A stretch of DNA of 64,000 nucleotides, taken from contig JAGVCW010000018.1 of assembly GCA_020059045.1 (NCBI GenBank), forward strand, positions 25,320 to 89,319, in the 5' to 3' direction. This DNA comes from Minisyncoccota bacterium. GTDB lineage: Bacteria > Patescibacteriota > Minisyncoccia > Phycocordibacterales > Zambryskibacteraceae. Made by a program: the position numbers and the translations under genes. Shown in pieces: positions 27,602-37,925 of this stretch. Position 1 is the first letter of the stretch; each line of letters starts with the position of its first letter. The notes below the pieces were generated by a model. It did not search any database. It saw only the letters and a program-made list of their open reading frames with translations, and had not been told where the DNA came from.

Positions 27602-27985
27602 CTATTCCCGACGTTTATGGTAGCGCAAGTGGTGTGCTGCCGCCTTGAGAAAGAAACAAACAAGAATCACATATATTGTCCAGGCAATTCTTACTTGCCA
27701 AACTGTGAGAGGCCGAATAAACAATAGTCCTACAAGTACCCACCCGAGAGTCATACATAGTAGTGTACCTAAAAGGGAAAAAAAGTATTCGTTCCGATTT
27801 CTGGTGTGTATTTCCGAAAATTGTACTGTAATGAATGCCGTAACTAGCGGCATTATTAGGGGTGGGCCAATTTGCCATGGATAACTCATAGAACTCGCAG
27901 CAATGGCAGAAGCAAATACTGCAAAGGCACCAAAAGTCCATGTCCGACGACTACTACTTATGGTGTTGAAATGGTTTTTGCCCAA
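27602..27985 (-). CDS. hypothetical 4-TM membrane protein (TTG start with AGGAGG RBS)
   Basis: 127 aa. On the minus strand AGGAGGaaacgTTG precedes the ORF. Confidence 0.45.
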   Translation of the reverse strand: MGKNHFNTISSSRRTWTFGAFAVFASAIAASSMSYPWQIGPPLIMPLVTAFITVQFSEIHTRNRNEYFFSLLGTLLCMTLGWVLVGLLFIRPLTVWQVRIAWTIYVILVCFFLKAAAHHLRYHKRRE

Positions 27986-28050
27986 CGTTTCCTCCTCTGA
28001 GAGGTTCTACTTCTAGAACAAATAGTAACGGTGAAGAGAGCCATTGTCAA

Positions 28051-29127
28051 CTACCCCACCAAAGCAAGTATTACTCCAAGGATTGCAAACACAACTCCAA
28101 TAATCCAGAACCGCATTGTAACTTTGTATGATGGCCAGCCAATTGCTTGAAAATGATGATGGATTGGGGCAACAAGGAATATTTTTTTCCCGTTGCGCAG
28201 TCTTTTAGAGCTAATCTGTATTATGTCGGAAAGGGTGGTAATGACTAGAGGCATTGCGATTACAGGTAATACTAGTATTCCGTATCCTCCTCCAAGTGAG
28301 TCAGTCATAAATGCTACCACCGCAAGAGTGATGGTGAGCCCCATTATTCCAGTCTCAGACATATAGAATCGAGCTGGCGGGATATTAAACCAAAGAAACG
28401 CAAGTATCCCACCCACCACTGCAAGGCAGAATGCTGCAAGATTAATTTGCTGTTGGTAGAAAGCAATTCCAGCATAGGCAGAAAATATTGTTGCAAATAT
28501 TCCTCCTGACAATCCGTCAATACCGTCAATCACACCCCCTGAGTAAATTGCATTTACGACAACAATAAAAAATGGAATAAAGAGCATGCCAAGCGGAAGA
28601 GTGAACCCCCCGGGTAAACCAAGAGTACTTACATCAAGCTTGAAATAAAACCAGGATCCCACTGCAAGCCCAATCAAACTTACGAGTGCAAGGCGTTTAG
28701 AAAGTGACAGTCCCCCTGCAATATGATCACCCCCTCCTCTAGTCTCAAGATAGTCATCAATAAGTCCAAGCAGTCCTCCAATGACAAGAGTAAAGAGTGG
28801 AAGCCACGTTTGATTACGACTCAGGAAATCAAGTTTAAGGGAAAGGTCGGTGGGAAGAAATTTTGATATGAACCACACAACGACAGTCGCAAATGCTGCA
28901 GATATCCATATTATAGATCCGCCCATTCTTGGGGTTTTCTTTGCCTCATCATTGTGGAGACTTTGAGATATTGGGGCGCCTCTTCCGTCAAGAGCTACAG
29001 ACACACTTTTTTTCTTCCACAACTCCTTTCTATATAAAAAGTCAGAAACAACAGGAGTGATAGCAATACCTACAATGAATGCTATAACGGCTGGTAGTGT
29101 TACTTTTACAATATCCGCGATAATCAT
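28051..29127 (-). CDS. mraY: phospho-N-acetylmuramoyl-pentapeptide transferase
   Basis: 358 aa multi-TM protein with the MraY motifs GLIDDYLE and the C-terminal HHHF region. Confidence 0.9.
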   Translation of the reverse strand: MIIADIVKVTLPAVIAFIVGIAITPVVSDFLYRKELWKKKSVSVALDGRGAPISQSLHNDEAKKTPRMGGSIIWISAAFATVVVWFISKFLPTDLSLKLDFLSRNQTWLPLFTLVIGGLLGLIDDYLETRGGGDHIAGGLSLSKRLALVSLIGLAVGSWFYFKLDVSTLGLPGGFTLPLGMLFIPFFIVVVNAIYSGGVIDGIDGLSGGIFATIFSAYAGIAFYQQQINLAAFCLAVVGGILAFLWFNIPPARFYMSETGIMGLTITLAVVAFMTDSLGGGYGILVLPVIAMPLVITTLSDIIQISSKRLRNGKKIFLVAPIHHHFQAIGWPSYKVTMRFWIIGVVFAILGVILALVG

Positions 29128-29199
29128 AATTTAATTATACTTTATAGCCATTTCGTATAGCAATCACATACTTTCACGCAAGACACTTGAAACGTTTGA

Positions 29200-30156
29200 T
29201 TATCTTCCTTGAGCAATATACTCAAATGTTTTTAGAGAAAGTAATTCCACATCTTGAAATCTTCCAGATGAAGTTGAACCGAGCACCACTATTGCTATGG
29301 GACGTACAAGCCCAGTATCCATGACAATACCAAGGTTCCCTCCTGCAAGTTCAGTGAAGCCTGTTTTAGATGCAATTAGGCCGGGTATTCTAGACACACC
29401 TTCATTCGTATTCACTCCAGTGTGATCAATCTCATCAAGGGATGTAAACACTCCTTTTACATCTCGTGTCGCGTCAAAAATCTGTGGATGATTTCGCACA
29501 GCATAGCCAAAAAGCATAGCCATATCATGTGCCGATCCATACGCTCCACTTCTTCCAGCATCTATATCAAGTCCCGTTTCGTTAAAAAATAAAGAGTAAT
29601 CCATTCCAATTTCTCTGGAAAGTTCGTTCATCTCTTCAATAAAATTATTTTCATTTATCGGAGGACTATCTGCTCCATATCCCAGAGATCCAACGGCGCC
29701 TGCGACAGCGGCTATCCCATCGTTAGATGACACTGTGAGTGAGAAATTAAGAAGCTCAGCAATACCCCACTTTTCATCTGCGAGAAGCCCCGAATCTCCC
29801 TCTTCATTAATGAAACTTCTTTCAATAGTTATAACAGCATCACTCGGTAGGAGTCGAGTTGCAGTTACTGCAGTCATCACTTTTGCAAGAGATGCAAGTG
29901 GCAGAGGCATGTTAGCGTTTTTCTGGAATATAATTCTGCCAGTTCCAATTTCATATACGATTGCCGCTTTTGCAATAACATTAATATTTTGGAATGGGTC
30001 TACTTGCACAATCGGTTCTTCATCCACAATCCTTATACTCCTATGCGTGTATAGTGATACAAGAAGCACAAGTGAGAGTACTAGTATAAGTAACAAACCG
30101 AGATTGAGTAATCGTCTATTATCTTGACTGAAAAATTCTTTAGCCTGATCTTGCAT
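29200..30156 (-). CDS. D-alanyl-D-alanine carboxypeptidase (S11 penicillin-binding protein)
   Basis: 318 aa carrying SxxK (ASLAK), SxN (SSND) and KTG (KTGFT) motifs. Confidence 0.82.
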   Translation of the reverse strand: MQDQAKEFFSQDNRRLLNLGLLLILVLSLVLLVSLYTHRSIRIVDEEPIVQVDPFQNINVIAKAAIVYEIGTGRIIFQKNANMPLPLASLAKVMTAVTATRLLPSDAVITIERSFINEEGDSGLLADEKWGIAELLNFSLTVSSNDGIAAVAGAVGSLGYGADSPPINENNFIEEMNELSREIGMDYSLFFNETGLDIDAGRSGAYGSAHDMAMLFGYAVRNHPQIFDATRDVKGVFTSLDEIDHTGVNTNEGVSRIPGLIASKTGFTELAGGNLGIVMDTGLVRPIAIVVLGSTSSGRFQDVELLSLKTFEYIAQGR

Positions 30157-30160
30157 TGGT

Positions 30161-30721
30161 TTAATTGGCTTGAGATGAAGTCTCCTCTTTCTTCATATTA
30201 TCTTCGAATTCATTAAGCTCACTTAATACATTTTCGTATTCCGGTAATTCACGCGTTTCCTTCAAGCCCATAAATGAGAGTAATTCCAAAGTAGGCTTAT
30301 AGAAATAACTTCTTTCTCCTTCTTTTGAACCAGTTCGTTCTACGAGTCCTCGTATTAAAAGGTTCCTAATTATAAAGCCAGAATTAACCCCGCGTATGTA
30401 GTCAATTTCTCTTTTACTTACGGGATGCTTGTAAAGAATAATAGTCAGAGTTTCAAGTCCAGCTTTGCCCAAGTCGCGTGACAATTCCTCTCGGGTTATG
30501 GCTTCTATGATTTCACTTGCCTCCCTCGATGTCCCAAGCATTATCTCATCATCGCTTTGAACAAGACATATTCCTCTGCCTTCTAAGTTCTTTCCAAGCT
30601 CATCTAGTGCCACGCGTATCTCTTCGGGTTTGGACGAAAGAGTTGTAGAAAGCTTCTTAACGGTGGTTGGCTCTCCACGAAAGAAAAGTATGGCTTCAAT
30701 TTTTGCTGAAAGAGTTAGCAT
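30161..30721 (-). CDS. scpB: segregation and condensation protein B
   Basis: 186 aa, MLTLSAKIEAILFFRGEPTTVKKL..., a tandem winged-helix ScpB. Confidence 0.88.
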   Translation of the reverse strand: MLTLSAKIEAILFFRGEPTTVKKLSTTLSSKPEEIRVALDELGKNLEGRGICLVQSDDEIMLGTSREASEIIEAITREELSRDLGKAGLETLTIILYKHPVSKREIDYIRGVNSGFIIRNLLIRGLVERTGSKEGERSYFYKPTLELLSFMGLKETRELPEYENVLSELNEFEDNMKKEETSSQAN

Positions 30722-30734
30722 TTTATAGCAAATT

Positions 30735-31505
30735 TTATTTGTAGCTCGGTATGCCTAAATTTTGTGTTTCAAGTGTAATATCCTCGCTTTCACTACTTTG
30801 TGTTGCATGAATAATACCCTGTTTTACAAGTTCAAGCATAGCAAGGAAGCTAACAATAACATGTGCTCTCTCTTCTCGCGTTACAATGTGTTTTGATCCA
30901 GTATTTACCTTACCCTCCTGCTCCTTAGCAAACTCGCTAAAATTAATTTTAAGCGTCTCTGTAACACGCACTGTTAGCCTATCTATCATTTCCTCAAGGC
31001 TGACAATTTTTTGCACCATCGCCCTTGGCAGCTTTTCCTCCTTGGGTAGATTTTTTAATAGCTCTTTAATGGACTGAAGAGTGGCAATTACGGTAATCTC
31101 GTCCCCGGGAGAAAAAACGGGAGAAATATTTTTGGATGAGAGCTTGGCAAAAATAATTCTACCACCAAAGCGCTCACTCGTGTGTTGTGAAAGCTCTTTG
31201 AATCTTTTATAGAGTTTCAATCGCAGTTCAAGGTCATGCACACTCTCCTCCTCTTCTTCAGTCAGAGCGAGTGTAGGTAGTAGTGATTTTGATTTTATAA
31301 GTAAAAGTGTTGATGCAACCAGAATGAAGTGTGCGGTTTCTCCCATTGGTAGCTCATTTGATTTTTGAATATATAAAATATAGTCATCTGCTACTTTGGC
31401 AAGTGATATATCGTTTATGAAAAGCTTTCTTTTTTCAATAAGCGAAAGCAGAAGGTCAAGGGGACCTTCAAATGCTTCAGTTTTTACGTTGAACTGGCTT
31501 GTCAT
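30735..31505 (-). CDS. scpA: segregation and condensation protein A
   Basis: 256 aa, GPLDLLLSLIEKRKLFINDISLAKVADDY, a kleisin ScpA N-terminus. Confidence 0.88.
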   Translation of the reverse strand: MTSQFNVKTEAFEGPLDLLLSLIEKRKLFINDISLAKVADDYILYIQKSNELPMGETAHFILVASTLLLIKSKSLLPTLALTEEEEESVHDLELRLKLYKRFKELSQHTSERFGGRIIFAKLSSKNISPVFSPGDEITVIATLQSIKELLKNLPKEEKLPRAMVQKIVSLEEMIDRLTVRVTETLKINFSEFAKEQEGKVNTGSKHIVTREERAHVIVSFLAMLELVKQGIIHATQSSESEDITLETQNLGIPSYK

Positions 31506-31728
31506 TACAATGTGTCAAATTATAGCCTAAACAAGCCATTTCCCTAACAATTGACTTATACAAACTCCGTGCTATAATTTTGCTCATCTTGTTCTTCCGA
31601 GTGAGTCTGAAGTGTATCTCGCGCGTTAATCAAATTTCTTGTCCGCTTGCATCTAAGGCAGCAGATTTTTTAATTTTCAATTTTCTAAACTTATCCAACT
31701 TATACAACATATTAAACTTATCAACTAA

Positions 31729-33024
31729 CTACGGGTTAAGCCTTTTTACATCCCTTGGCAAGAATGTTGCCTCTCTCACGTTAGGCAGATCAAGTATTTT
31801 CATTATGAAGCGCCCTGGTCCAATACCAGCACCACCATGTGGCGGCACGCCAAAGCGAAAGAAGTTTATATAGTCACGAAGTGGTTCTAGATCCATTCCT
31901 TTTTCAAGAGCATGTTTTTCCAGAATCTCTGGTCGGTGCTCGCGCTGGGCAAGTGTAGTTACTTCAAGTCCTCTGTATATAAGATCAGCTCTTCGAGCAA
32001 ATTCTGGGTTATCAGGATGCCTCATGTGATAGAAAGCACTTCTTGACTTGTGATAATCCATGAGGAAAACAAACTCATGGTCATATTTTTCCCTCACATA
32101 CTCATATAGTGCCTTCTCCTCTTCAGGTGATATGTCATAAGGCTCACTACTAGGTACCCCTTTTCCAGCTAATATTTTTTTTGCGTCAACCATACTTATT
32201 CGTGGGAATGGTCTTTTCGGTACGGTTATAGCTGTCAGAGGATAAGCCGCGAGTATTGATTCAAAGCCAGATACAATCATTCCTTCTTCGGCATCCATAA
32301 CATCGTGATGTGATTCGACGAACCCCATCTCGAAGTCCCAGCCAGTAAATTCTGTAAGATGTCTTGTGGTAAACGAGTGTTCCGCTCGAAATACTGGACC
32401 AACCATACAAACTTTCTCAAATCCTGAAGCAATAGCCATTTGTTTATAAAATTGTGGCGATTGGGCAAGGTATGCTTTACGATCGAAATACTCCACAGTG
32501 AAGACTTCCGCCCCTGTCTCAGACGGGGTTGACATAAATGCCGGTGGATATACTTGTATAAAGTCATTTTCTGACCAGTACTTTCTCCAACCTTTTTCAA
32601 ATTCTGTCCAAACTTTAAATATCTGTGTTTTCTCAGGCTTACGTAGATCAATCCATCTATAATCGAATCTTACAGGAGCCTCTGTTTCCTCTCCACCCTT
32701 TAAGGTAACGACTGGTATTGGGAGTTCGGGCTCTGAAGCCGATAGTACTTGGAGATCTTCAATTTGTATTTCAAAGCCACCTGGTGCATTAGTTTCCTTC
32801 TTTACACTTCCTGTTATGCGAACTACGGACTCTAAAGTTAGATCCTTTGCGCTTTCAAAGGTTTGGCTATCCTTTGTAATAACAACTTGCACAATACCAG
32901 TCACATCTCTAAGTACTAGGAAAATAATCTTGCTCTGGATACGGAGGGCCTGTGCAAACCCCTGAAGAGTAATACTTTTTCCTTCGTGACTTGCCAAATC
33001 TTTAGTATGAATTGCCTTAAGCAT
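31729..33024 (-). CDS. class IIb aspartyl/asparaginyl-tRNA synthetase (compact type)
   Basis: 431 aa with an N-terminal OB anticodon-binding domain and class II motifs 2/3 (FRAEHSFTTRHLTEF...GGAGIGPGRF). Asp versus Asn specificity cannot be resolved from the sequence alone. Confidence 0.82.
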   Translation of the reverse strand: MLKAIHTKDLASHEGKSITLQGFAQALRIQSKIIFLVLRDVTGIVQVVITKDSQTFESAKDLTLESVVRITGSVKKETNAPGGFEIQIEDLQVLSASEPELPIPVVTLKGGEETEAPVRFDYRWIDLRKPEKTQIFKVWTEFEKGWRKYWSENDFIQVYPPAFMSTPSETGAEVFTVEYFDRKAYLAQSPQFYKQMAIASGFEKVCMVGPVFRAEHSFTTRHLTEFTGWDFEMGFVESHHDVMDAEEGMIVSGFESILAAYPLTAITVPKRPFPRISMVDAKKILAGKGVPSSEPYDISPEEEKALYEYVREKYDHEFVFLMDYHKSRSAFYHMRHPDNPEFARRADLIYRGLEVTTLAQREHRPEILEKHALEKGMDLEPLRDYINFFRFGVPPHGGAGIGPGRFIMKILDLPNVREATFLPRDVKRLNP

Positions 33025-33070
33025 TTTAGATTAAATTAGTTCACTTGGGTTAATTAGAAATTAGGTTAAT

Positions 33071-34069
33071 TTACTCTAAATTCACCCCTATTCTCTCTTT
33101 AACTTCACTCATCTTCTCCTCAGTCCTTTCCCTAGCTCTCTCTCTACCTTCTTTTAGGACTCCAAGTACGTAATCCTTATCGCGAACAATCTTTTCACGC
33201 TTTTCACGAAGAGGTGCAATAAAATTAATAATATTTTTTATTAGGATTTCCTTAGATTCTTTATACCCTATTTTTCCAGTCTCGTACCTGTCTTCTAGGT
33301 CCTCAAGCTCCGTACCATCTGTAAAGAATTTGTGAAGTGCAAAGATTTTGTCAGTCAGTGGATCCTTCACATCACTTACATCTTTAGAGTCAGTAGGAAT
33401 CTTCATTATCGCAGTTCTAACATCAGCGTCCGAGGCAAAAAGTTCAATTGTATTTTTGTAGCTTTTACTCATTTTCTGTCCGTCTGTTCCAGGAACAGTT
33501 TGGGTCGTTTCCATAATAAGTGCTTGGGGGGGTTTAAATGTCTCGCCGAAGATGCGATTGAATTTTATTGCAACATCTCGAGCAATCTCAATGTGTTGCT
33601 TCTGATCAAGTCCCACAGGTACCACATCTGCATCATAGAGAAGTATGTCAGCCGCCATAAGCATTGGATAGTTGAAAGTCCCAACATTAATCTCCTTGTT
33701 TTTAGCTTCAGCATCTTTGAATGCGTGTGCTCTCATAAGGTATGGCATAGAAGTAATAGTGCTAAATATCCAAGAAAGCTCCGTGTGCGCCGCCACATCA
33801 GATTGCTTGAAAATACTATTTTTCTTAGGGTCAAGGCCAATTGCAAGGTAGTCCACTGCGAGATTGTAGGTCAGGTCTCTCATTTCATCCGCGTTCTGTA
33901 TAAAGTTTAAAGCATGGTAATCCACAATAGCAAAAAAACATTCGTAATCATTTTGAAGATCTACAAACTGCTTCATTGCCCCAAGGTAGTTTGCTACATG
34001 AGGTCGTCCAGTAGGTTTCACACCAGACAAGAGTATTTTGCCATCCTTCATATGGAAAAATAATACCAA
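33071..34069 (-). CDS. trpS: tryptophanyl-tRNA synthetase
   Basis: 332 aa class Ic enzyme. It has SGVKPTGRPHVANYLGA (HIGH-type) and KMSKS, with a size typical of TrpRS. Confidence 0.88.
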   Translation of the reverse strand: MVLFFHMKDGKILLSGVKPTGRPHVANYLGAMKQFVDLQNDYECFFAIVDYHALNFIQNADEMRDLTYNLAVDYLAIGLDPKKNSIFKQSDVAAHTELSWIFSTITSMPYLMRAHAFKDAEAKNKEINVGTFNYPMLMAADILLYDADVVPVGLDQKQHIEIARDVAIKFNRIFGETFKPPQALIMETTQTVPGTDGQKMSKSYKNTIELFASDADVRTAIMKIPTDSKDVSDVKDPLTDKIFALHKFFTDGTELEDLEDRYETGKIGYKESKEILIKNIINFIAPLREKREKIVRDKDYVLGVLKEGRERARERTEEKMSEVKERIGVNLE

Positions 34070-34107
34070 AGTTGGCTATTTTTTGAAAGATCGTAATTTA
34101 AGTGGTT

Positions 34108-35211
34108 TTAGAGGCTTAGTTTCACAAGTTTGTCATCACCTTCTTTCTTGTTACCTCGGCCGTCGGTATTTGACGTAATTATATAAAATAAGTTATCTGG
34201 TCCAAGCACAATTGTTCGGATACGGCCGAATTGATGAGCTATGTGCTCTGTCACTTCCCCTATTACCTTTCCATTCTCAATTTTCAGACTATATACTGCC
34301 TCTCCTCGCAGTCCAGCAAACAAAAGCCTCCCATTTGAATAAACCATGCCCGACGGGGCCCAAGTCTTACTTTCACCAGATTGCGCCACTGGGCTTATCA
34401 TACCTTCCCTTCTTTGTGTTCCTTCTATTTCGGGCCATCCATAGTTACCGCCTTTCACAATTAAGTTCACCTCATCAAAGCCTGATTGTACTCCTGATCT
34501 GCCGTGTTCAGTTGCCCAGAGATTCCCGAGATTATCCCATGCCAGTCCCTGAGGGTTTCTGTGACCGTAGGAGTAGATTTCGTTATCGAATGGGTTGTCC
34601 ATAGGCACCAAACCATCCTTATTTATTCTTAATATTTTTCCAGATAATTTACTTAAATCTTGTGCAGAATCATCGTCTCCCGCGTCCCCTGTAGTTATGT
34701 AGAGATATCCGTCAGGACCAAATGCAATGCGACCTCCATCATGATTATTGGACCCTGGTATACCAGAAATAATGACGATCCTTTCGCTAAGATTATTTTC
34801 TACAAGTTTATATCTCTCAACCCTATTTTCTATCTTGCCATTAATTTGGGTTGTAAGATAAAGATAAATATTCTGATTAACTGTAAACTGCGGATCAAGT
34901 ACCATACCAAGCAACCCGTCTTCTCCAGAATGGCTAACGCCAGATACAGGTATGGCCAAACGTTCTTCACCAATTTTAAGAAGATTCCCACCCCGCTCGG
35001 TTATTAGAATGCTCTTGTCAGGTAAGAATGCTACTTCCCACGGGATATTAAGATTTTCAAGTACAATTTCAGGTGCTTGCTGTGTTTGAGTAGTATTACT
35101 CTCCTGATTTTCCGTCTGATCAGGTTCTTTATTAAAAGAGACTTGCGTAGCAGCAAGGTAAACAAAAATTAAGGTAATTAGTGATATAAGTATTTTTGGC
35201 CATTTTTTCAT
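34108..35211 (-). CDS. PQQ-dependent soluble aldose sugar dehydrogenase-like beta-propeller (YliI/Asd family)
   Basis: 367 aa with a signal peptide and GHRNPQGLAWD plus repeated propeller blades. Confidence 0.72.
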   Translation of the reverse strand: MKKWPKILISLITLIFVYLAATQVSFNKEPDQTENQESNTTQTQQAPEIVLENLNIPWEVAFLPDKSILITERGGNLLKIGEERLAIPVSGVSHSGEDGLLGMVLDPQFTVNQNIYLYLTTQINGKIENRVERYKLVENNLSERIVIISGIPGSNNHDGGRIAFGPDGYLYITTGDAGDDDSAQDLSKLSGKILRINKDGLVPMDNPFDNEIYSYGHRNPQGLAWDNLGNLWATEHGRSGVQSGFDEVNLIVKGGNYGWPEIEGTQRREGMISPVAQSGESKTWAPSGMVYSNGRLLFAGLRGEAVYSLKIENGKVIGEVTEHIAHQFGRIRTIVLGPDNLFYIITSNTDGRGNKKEGDDKLVKLSL

Positions 35212-35222
35212 AAATATGCGTC

Positions 35223-35846
35223 TTATATTAGTTCAGCAAATACTACAATCCGTTCGGTGTATGTATTTTCGTCATCGAGCCACTGACCACTGCATGTTAT
35301 AAGGTTGAGCCACGATGAATCCTTGGTGTTAAATATTTTTGTAAGCGGCATATCTAGGTAGGAATAGCGTAGAACCTCTCTTACTATAAAGTGTACGGTG
35401 ACACCTTGTCCGTTAGTAATGTAGATATCATCCCCCGATCTAACCTCCTCAAGCCGTCGGAAAACGGCACCAAATCCTGCTCCGTTATCATAATGGCCAG
35501 CCATAACCGCGCTTCCTACTTCTCCAGGCTTTGGTCCATATCGGTACCATCCTACGTCCCTATAGTTACTAGGAACAGCCATATTCCCCCGGAGACTTAT
35601 GCCCACGTCCTGTATGGAAGCCCTAACATCAATAATTGGAATAAAAATCTCTACAGGGTCTGCCATATCTGGTGTCTTTACATCCTCGACCCCGTTTAAC
35701 TCAAGCTGAGGATACCCCCTTGCCACTTCATCCTCTGTTAGCTCACTTTCTGGTGCATAGAAAAAAGCTTGACTAATTCCAATTCCAAGTGTAAATATGG
35801 CAATTAATGTGATCGCTCCTATTAGTTTGTCTTTTGTGGTTCTCAC
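35223..35846 (-). CDS. sortase-family transpeptidase
   Basis: 207 aa with an N-terminal TM helix, AGH (His), the LNLITCSG catalytic Cys motif and a C-terminal RIVVFA (Arg). Confidence 0.65.
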   Translation of the reverse strand: MRTTKDKLIGAITLIAIFTLGIGISQAFFYAPESELTEDEVARGYPQLELNGVEDVKTPDMADPVEIFIPIIDVRASIQDVGISLRGNMAVPSNYRDVGWYRYGPKPGEVGSAVMAGHYDNGAGFGAVFRRLEEVRSGDDIYITNGQGVTVHFIVREVLRYSYLDMPLTKIFNTKDSSWLNLITCSGQWLDDENTYTERIVVFAELI

Positions 35847-35920
35847 TCTTACATCTACAGATTAACACAGGCGACTACTTTCGCTTTCAGTGCTTCTGGC
35901 CAATAGTAGTTACTCTTATA

Positions 35921-36148
35921 TTAGACTGTTTGACGGACGAAATACGTGAGTCCGAATGCGATTACTGCTGAAGATATTGCCAGGAGTAAAAGCGTGCTCA
36001 TGCTCTCTCCTCCGAAGCCAGTTACTGGTGCTCCTGGTGTGGTGCTTGCTGTTTGCGCAAAAGCCGTGCTTGTCGTCTGCGTAAGAAGTAGTACGGGTAT
36101 CATTAGCAAAGGAAGTAGTCGTCCCCGCGATATTTGAGACTTTAACAT
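35921..36148 (-). CDS. 75 aa secreted protein with a C-terminal TM plus basic tail (candidate minimal sortase substrate)
   Basis: It has a signal peptide (MLKSQISRGRLLPLLMIPVLLLTQTTSTAFA), a short mature region, APVTG followed by a hydrophobic helix and RQTV (sorting-signal-like). It lies next to the sortase gene. The alternative-frame ORF 35916-36188 has no such features. Confidence 0.35.
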   Translation of the reverse strand: MLKSQISRGRLLPLLMIPVLLLTQTTSTAFAQTASTTPGAPVTGFGGESMSTLLLLAISSAVIAFGLTYFVRQTV

Positions 36149-36432
36149 TGTAATGGAATATATTATTTGGTATGGATAATTTCGACATTGTGTCCCGGAT
36201 TACAAGCTAGGCTCGTAAATTGCGGTACATATATTGTGTATTATTAAGATGAATATTTAGTGATCACCACTCAACATAATTTCTCACCAATTTTACTGGC
36301 AGTTCTTCTCTCCCTGCAATTATCTTGATAAATTTTGCACATTAAAACTTTAGAATATATAAAATTGTGTGTAACAAAACTGACGGCCGTCAGTTTTGTT
36401 ACAGTCTCTTTTTGTACACAAACAAACTGAGG

Positions 36433-36885
36433 CTACTTAAAGTGAATGCGAATTTCGTGATGCTCACTGATACTTGAGTTTCTAGTTGGATTAGTTCTAG
36501 CAAGAATTAGGAAACCATCATCGTTATATACTGGCTTCTCGAATGTTACAGTTGCAGAAAAGGGCATTAGACCTCCCTCATGCTTTCCGTGAGTATATAT
36601 GGCTAGAGCCTCAGATATTATAAGTCCATCCCAGTTTGTGAGAGTAACTGGAAACTCGTTGTTTATGAACCAGTCAGGGTGAGCAAACCCAGCCACTATA
36701 AACGGATCGCTCACATACTCCTCGGAAAGCGGTTTACTAAGTATTATTCTCTCTGTGCTTGGCGTGATCAGAAGAGGATCCTTTTTTTGCCAGTGAAAAT
36801 ACCCACCAAGTAATATGAGAATGAGAGATAGAAGTATAATTACTTTTTTCATAACTATTCGGTTGCAATGGGAATGTTTCCACAC
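36433..36885 (-). CDS. hypothetical secreted protein
   Basis: 150 aa with an N-terminal signal/TM helix. Confidence 0.4.
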   Translation of the reverse strand: MWKHSHCNRIVMKKVIILLSLILILLGGYFHWQKKDPLLITPSTERIILSKPLSEEYVSDPFIVAGFAHPDWFINNEFPVTLTNWDGLIISEALAIYTHGKHEGGLMPFSATVTFEKPVYNDDGFLILARTNPTRNSSISEHHEIRIHFK

Positions 36886-37478
36886 TTTGTTTGTGTGTGC
36901 CCCACCACTTCAAAAACATCATCGATTTGGGGTTCAACCGCTACAACTCTCCTTCCGTCAAGAAGATTTAAATAAACATTGAGGCTATGATCTTGCATAA
37001 CCATACTTACAGCACAGTCTTCTATGAGTAATACCGCTTGTGGCCATGATATGAAGTGTGCTCCTGGTTGCTGTGCTATAGATTGCTCACTTTCGACTAA
37101 CACTCTGATTTTTCTAACTAGCACAGTTTCGCCTTGCGCAATTCCTTCTACAAGTACCCGTTTATCGCCAAGTGATTGCGATGGGCTTACACTCATTGCA
37201 ATACATGGAGTTGCCCCATTTTGGAACGCACAAGAGCTAAGCTCATCAAAAGTAAGCGTCCTCGTACTTGTGCCTGCACTTCCCTCGTAGACTAAGTGAG
37301 GTACGTCTTGAGTATCAGGCAAATTAAATTTTACTATCCCATACTCTACGAAATTTGTTGGGGTACTGAGTACAATTACATTCCCAGGGATTCTCACAGG
37401 GTATTTAATAGATAGGCCAATTCCGTATAAGATAAAAGCTAGAGTGAGGAGTATTATTACAAGTGTAGTCTTTTTCAT
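36855..37478 (-). CDS. hypothetical secreted protein
   Basis: 207 aa with a signal peptide, MKKTTLVIILLTLAFILYG. Confidence 0.4.
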   Translation of the reverse strand: MKKTTLVIILLTLAFILYGIGLSIKYPVRIPGNVIVLSTPTNFVEYGIVKFNLPDTQDVPHLVYEGSAGTSTRTLTFDELSSCAFQNGATPCIAMSVSPSQSLGDKRVLVEGIAQGETVLVRKIRVLVESEQSIAQQPGAHFISWPQAVLLIEDCAVSMVMQDHSLNVYLNLLDGRRVVAVEPQIDDVFEVVGHTQTKCGNIPIATE

Positions 37479-37523
37479 ATCGTTTAGTTAGTGACGTAAA
37501 TATATTCTAAATATTTCCATAAA

Positions 37524-37562
37524 GCAAAAAACCACTTTGAGTTTATCGAAAAGTGGTTTTTT
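37524..37562. terminator. bidirectional intrinsic terminator
   Basis: AAAAAACCACTTTgagtttatcgAAAGTGGTTTTTT, downstream of the histidine kinase gene on the minus strand. Confidence 0.6.
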
Positions 37563-37799
37563 GAAAGCCTACTGATTAAGCAGCAACTTCTCCTTCTGCT
37601 CCTTCCTCCTTTGGTTTAACTGGATTCATAGGATCCATTGCTGGGTCCTGGGTGTTATTTGGTTCCATGATGATTTATAGTACTTAGAATGCTAATAATC
37701 TAGCTGTATTCGACTCCAAACGGCCTCTCTTGCCGAAAAATAATACTCGACGATTAGCCGAGTCCCTCTAAGTATACAGCACTCAATTCTAAATTGCAA

Positions 37800-37925
37800 G
37801 CATCAACCCCCCCAAGTATTTATTCATATCATTCGTGGGATCGTATTCATTATTTTAGAAATTAGATCAATTAGGAATTTTCTCCCTTTTTATTCCTCCT
37901 TCATTTTTCCTTATTCTTCCTTCCC
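37800..37925. repeat. polypyrimidine/ATTCNT tract, locus B, with a 39 bp core (37848-37886) nearly identical to 6979-7017
   Basis: The core cattattttagaaattagatcaattaggaattttctccc is followed by ttattcctccttcatttttccttattcttcc. It runs into the 3' end of the histidine kinase ORF. Confidence 0.6.

Noticed and set aside
35916-36188. Alternative-frame 90 aa ORF overlapping the candidate sortase substrate.
   Set aside because: It has no hydrophobic segments, no RBS, and a low-complexity S/T/R/H composition. The 35921-36148 frame has a signal peptide and a sorting-signal-like tail.
37581-37673. 30 aa minus-strand ORF (MEPNNTQDPAMDPMNPVKPKEEGAEGEVAA) right after the terminator at 37524-37562.
   Set aside because: It has no RBS, a low-complexity composition, and falls between a terminator and the polypyrimidine tract. 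It is probably not a gene.
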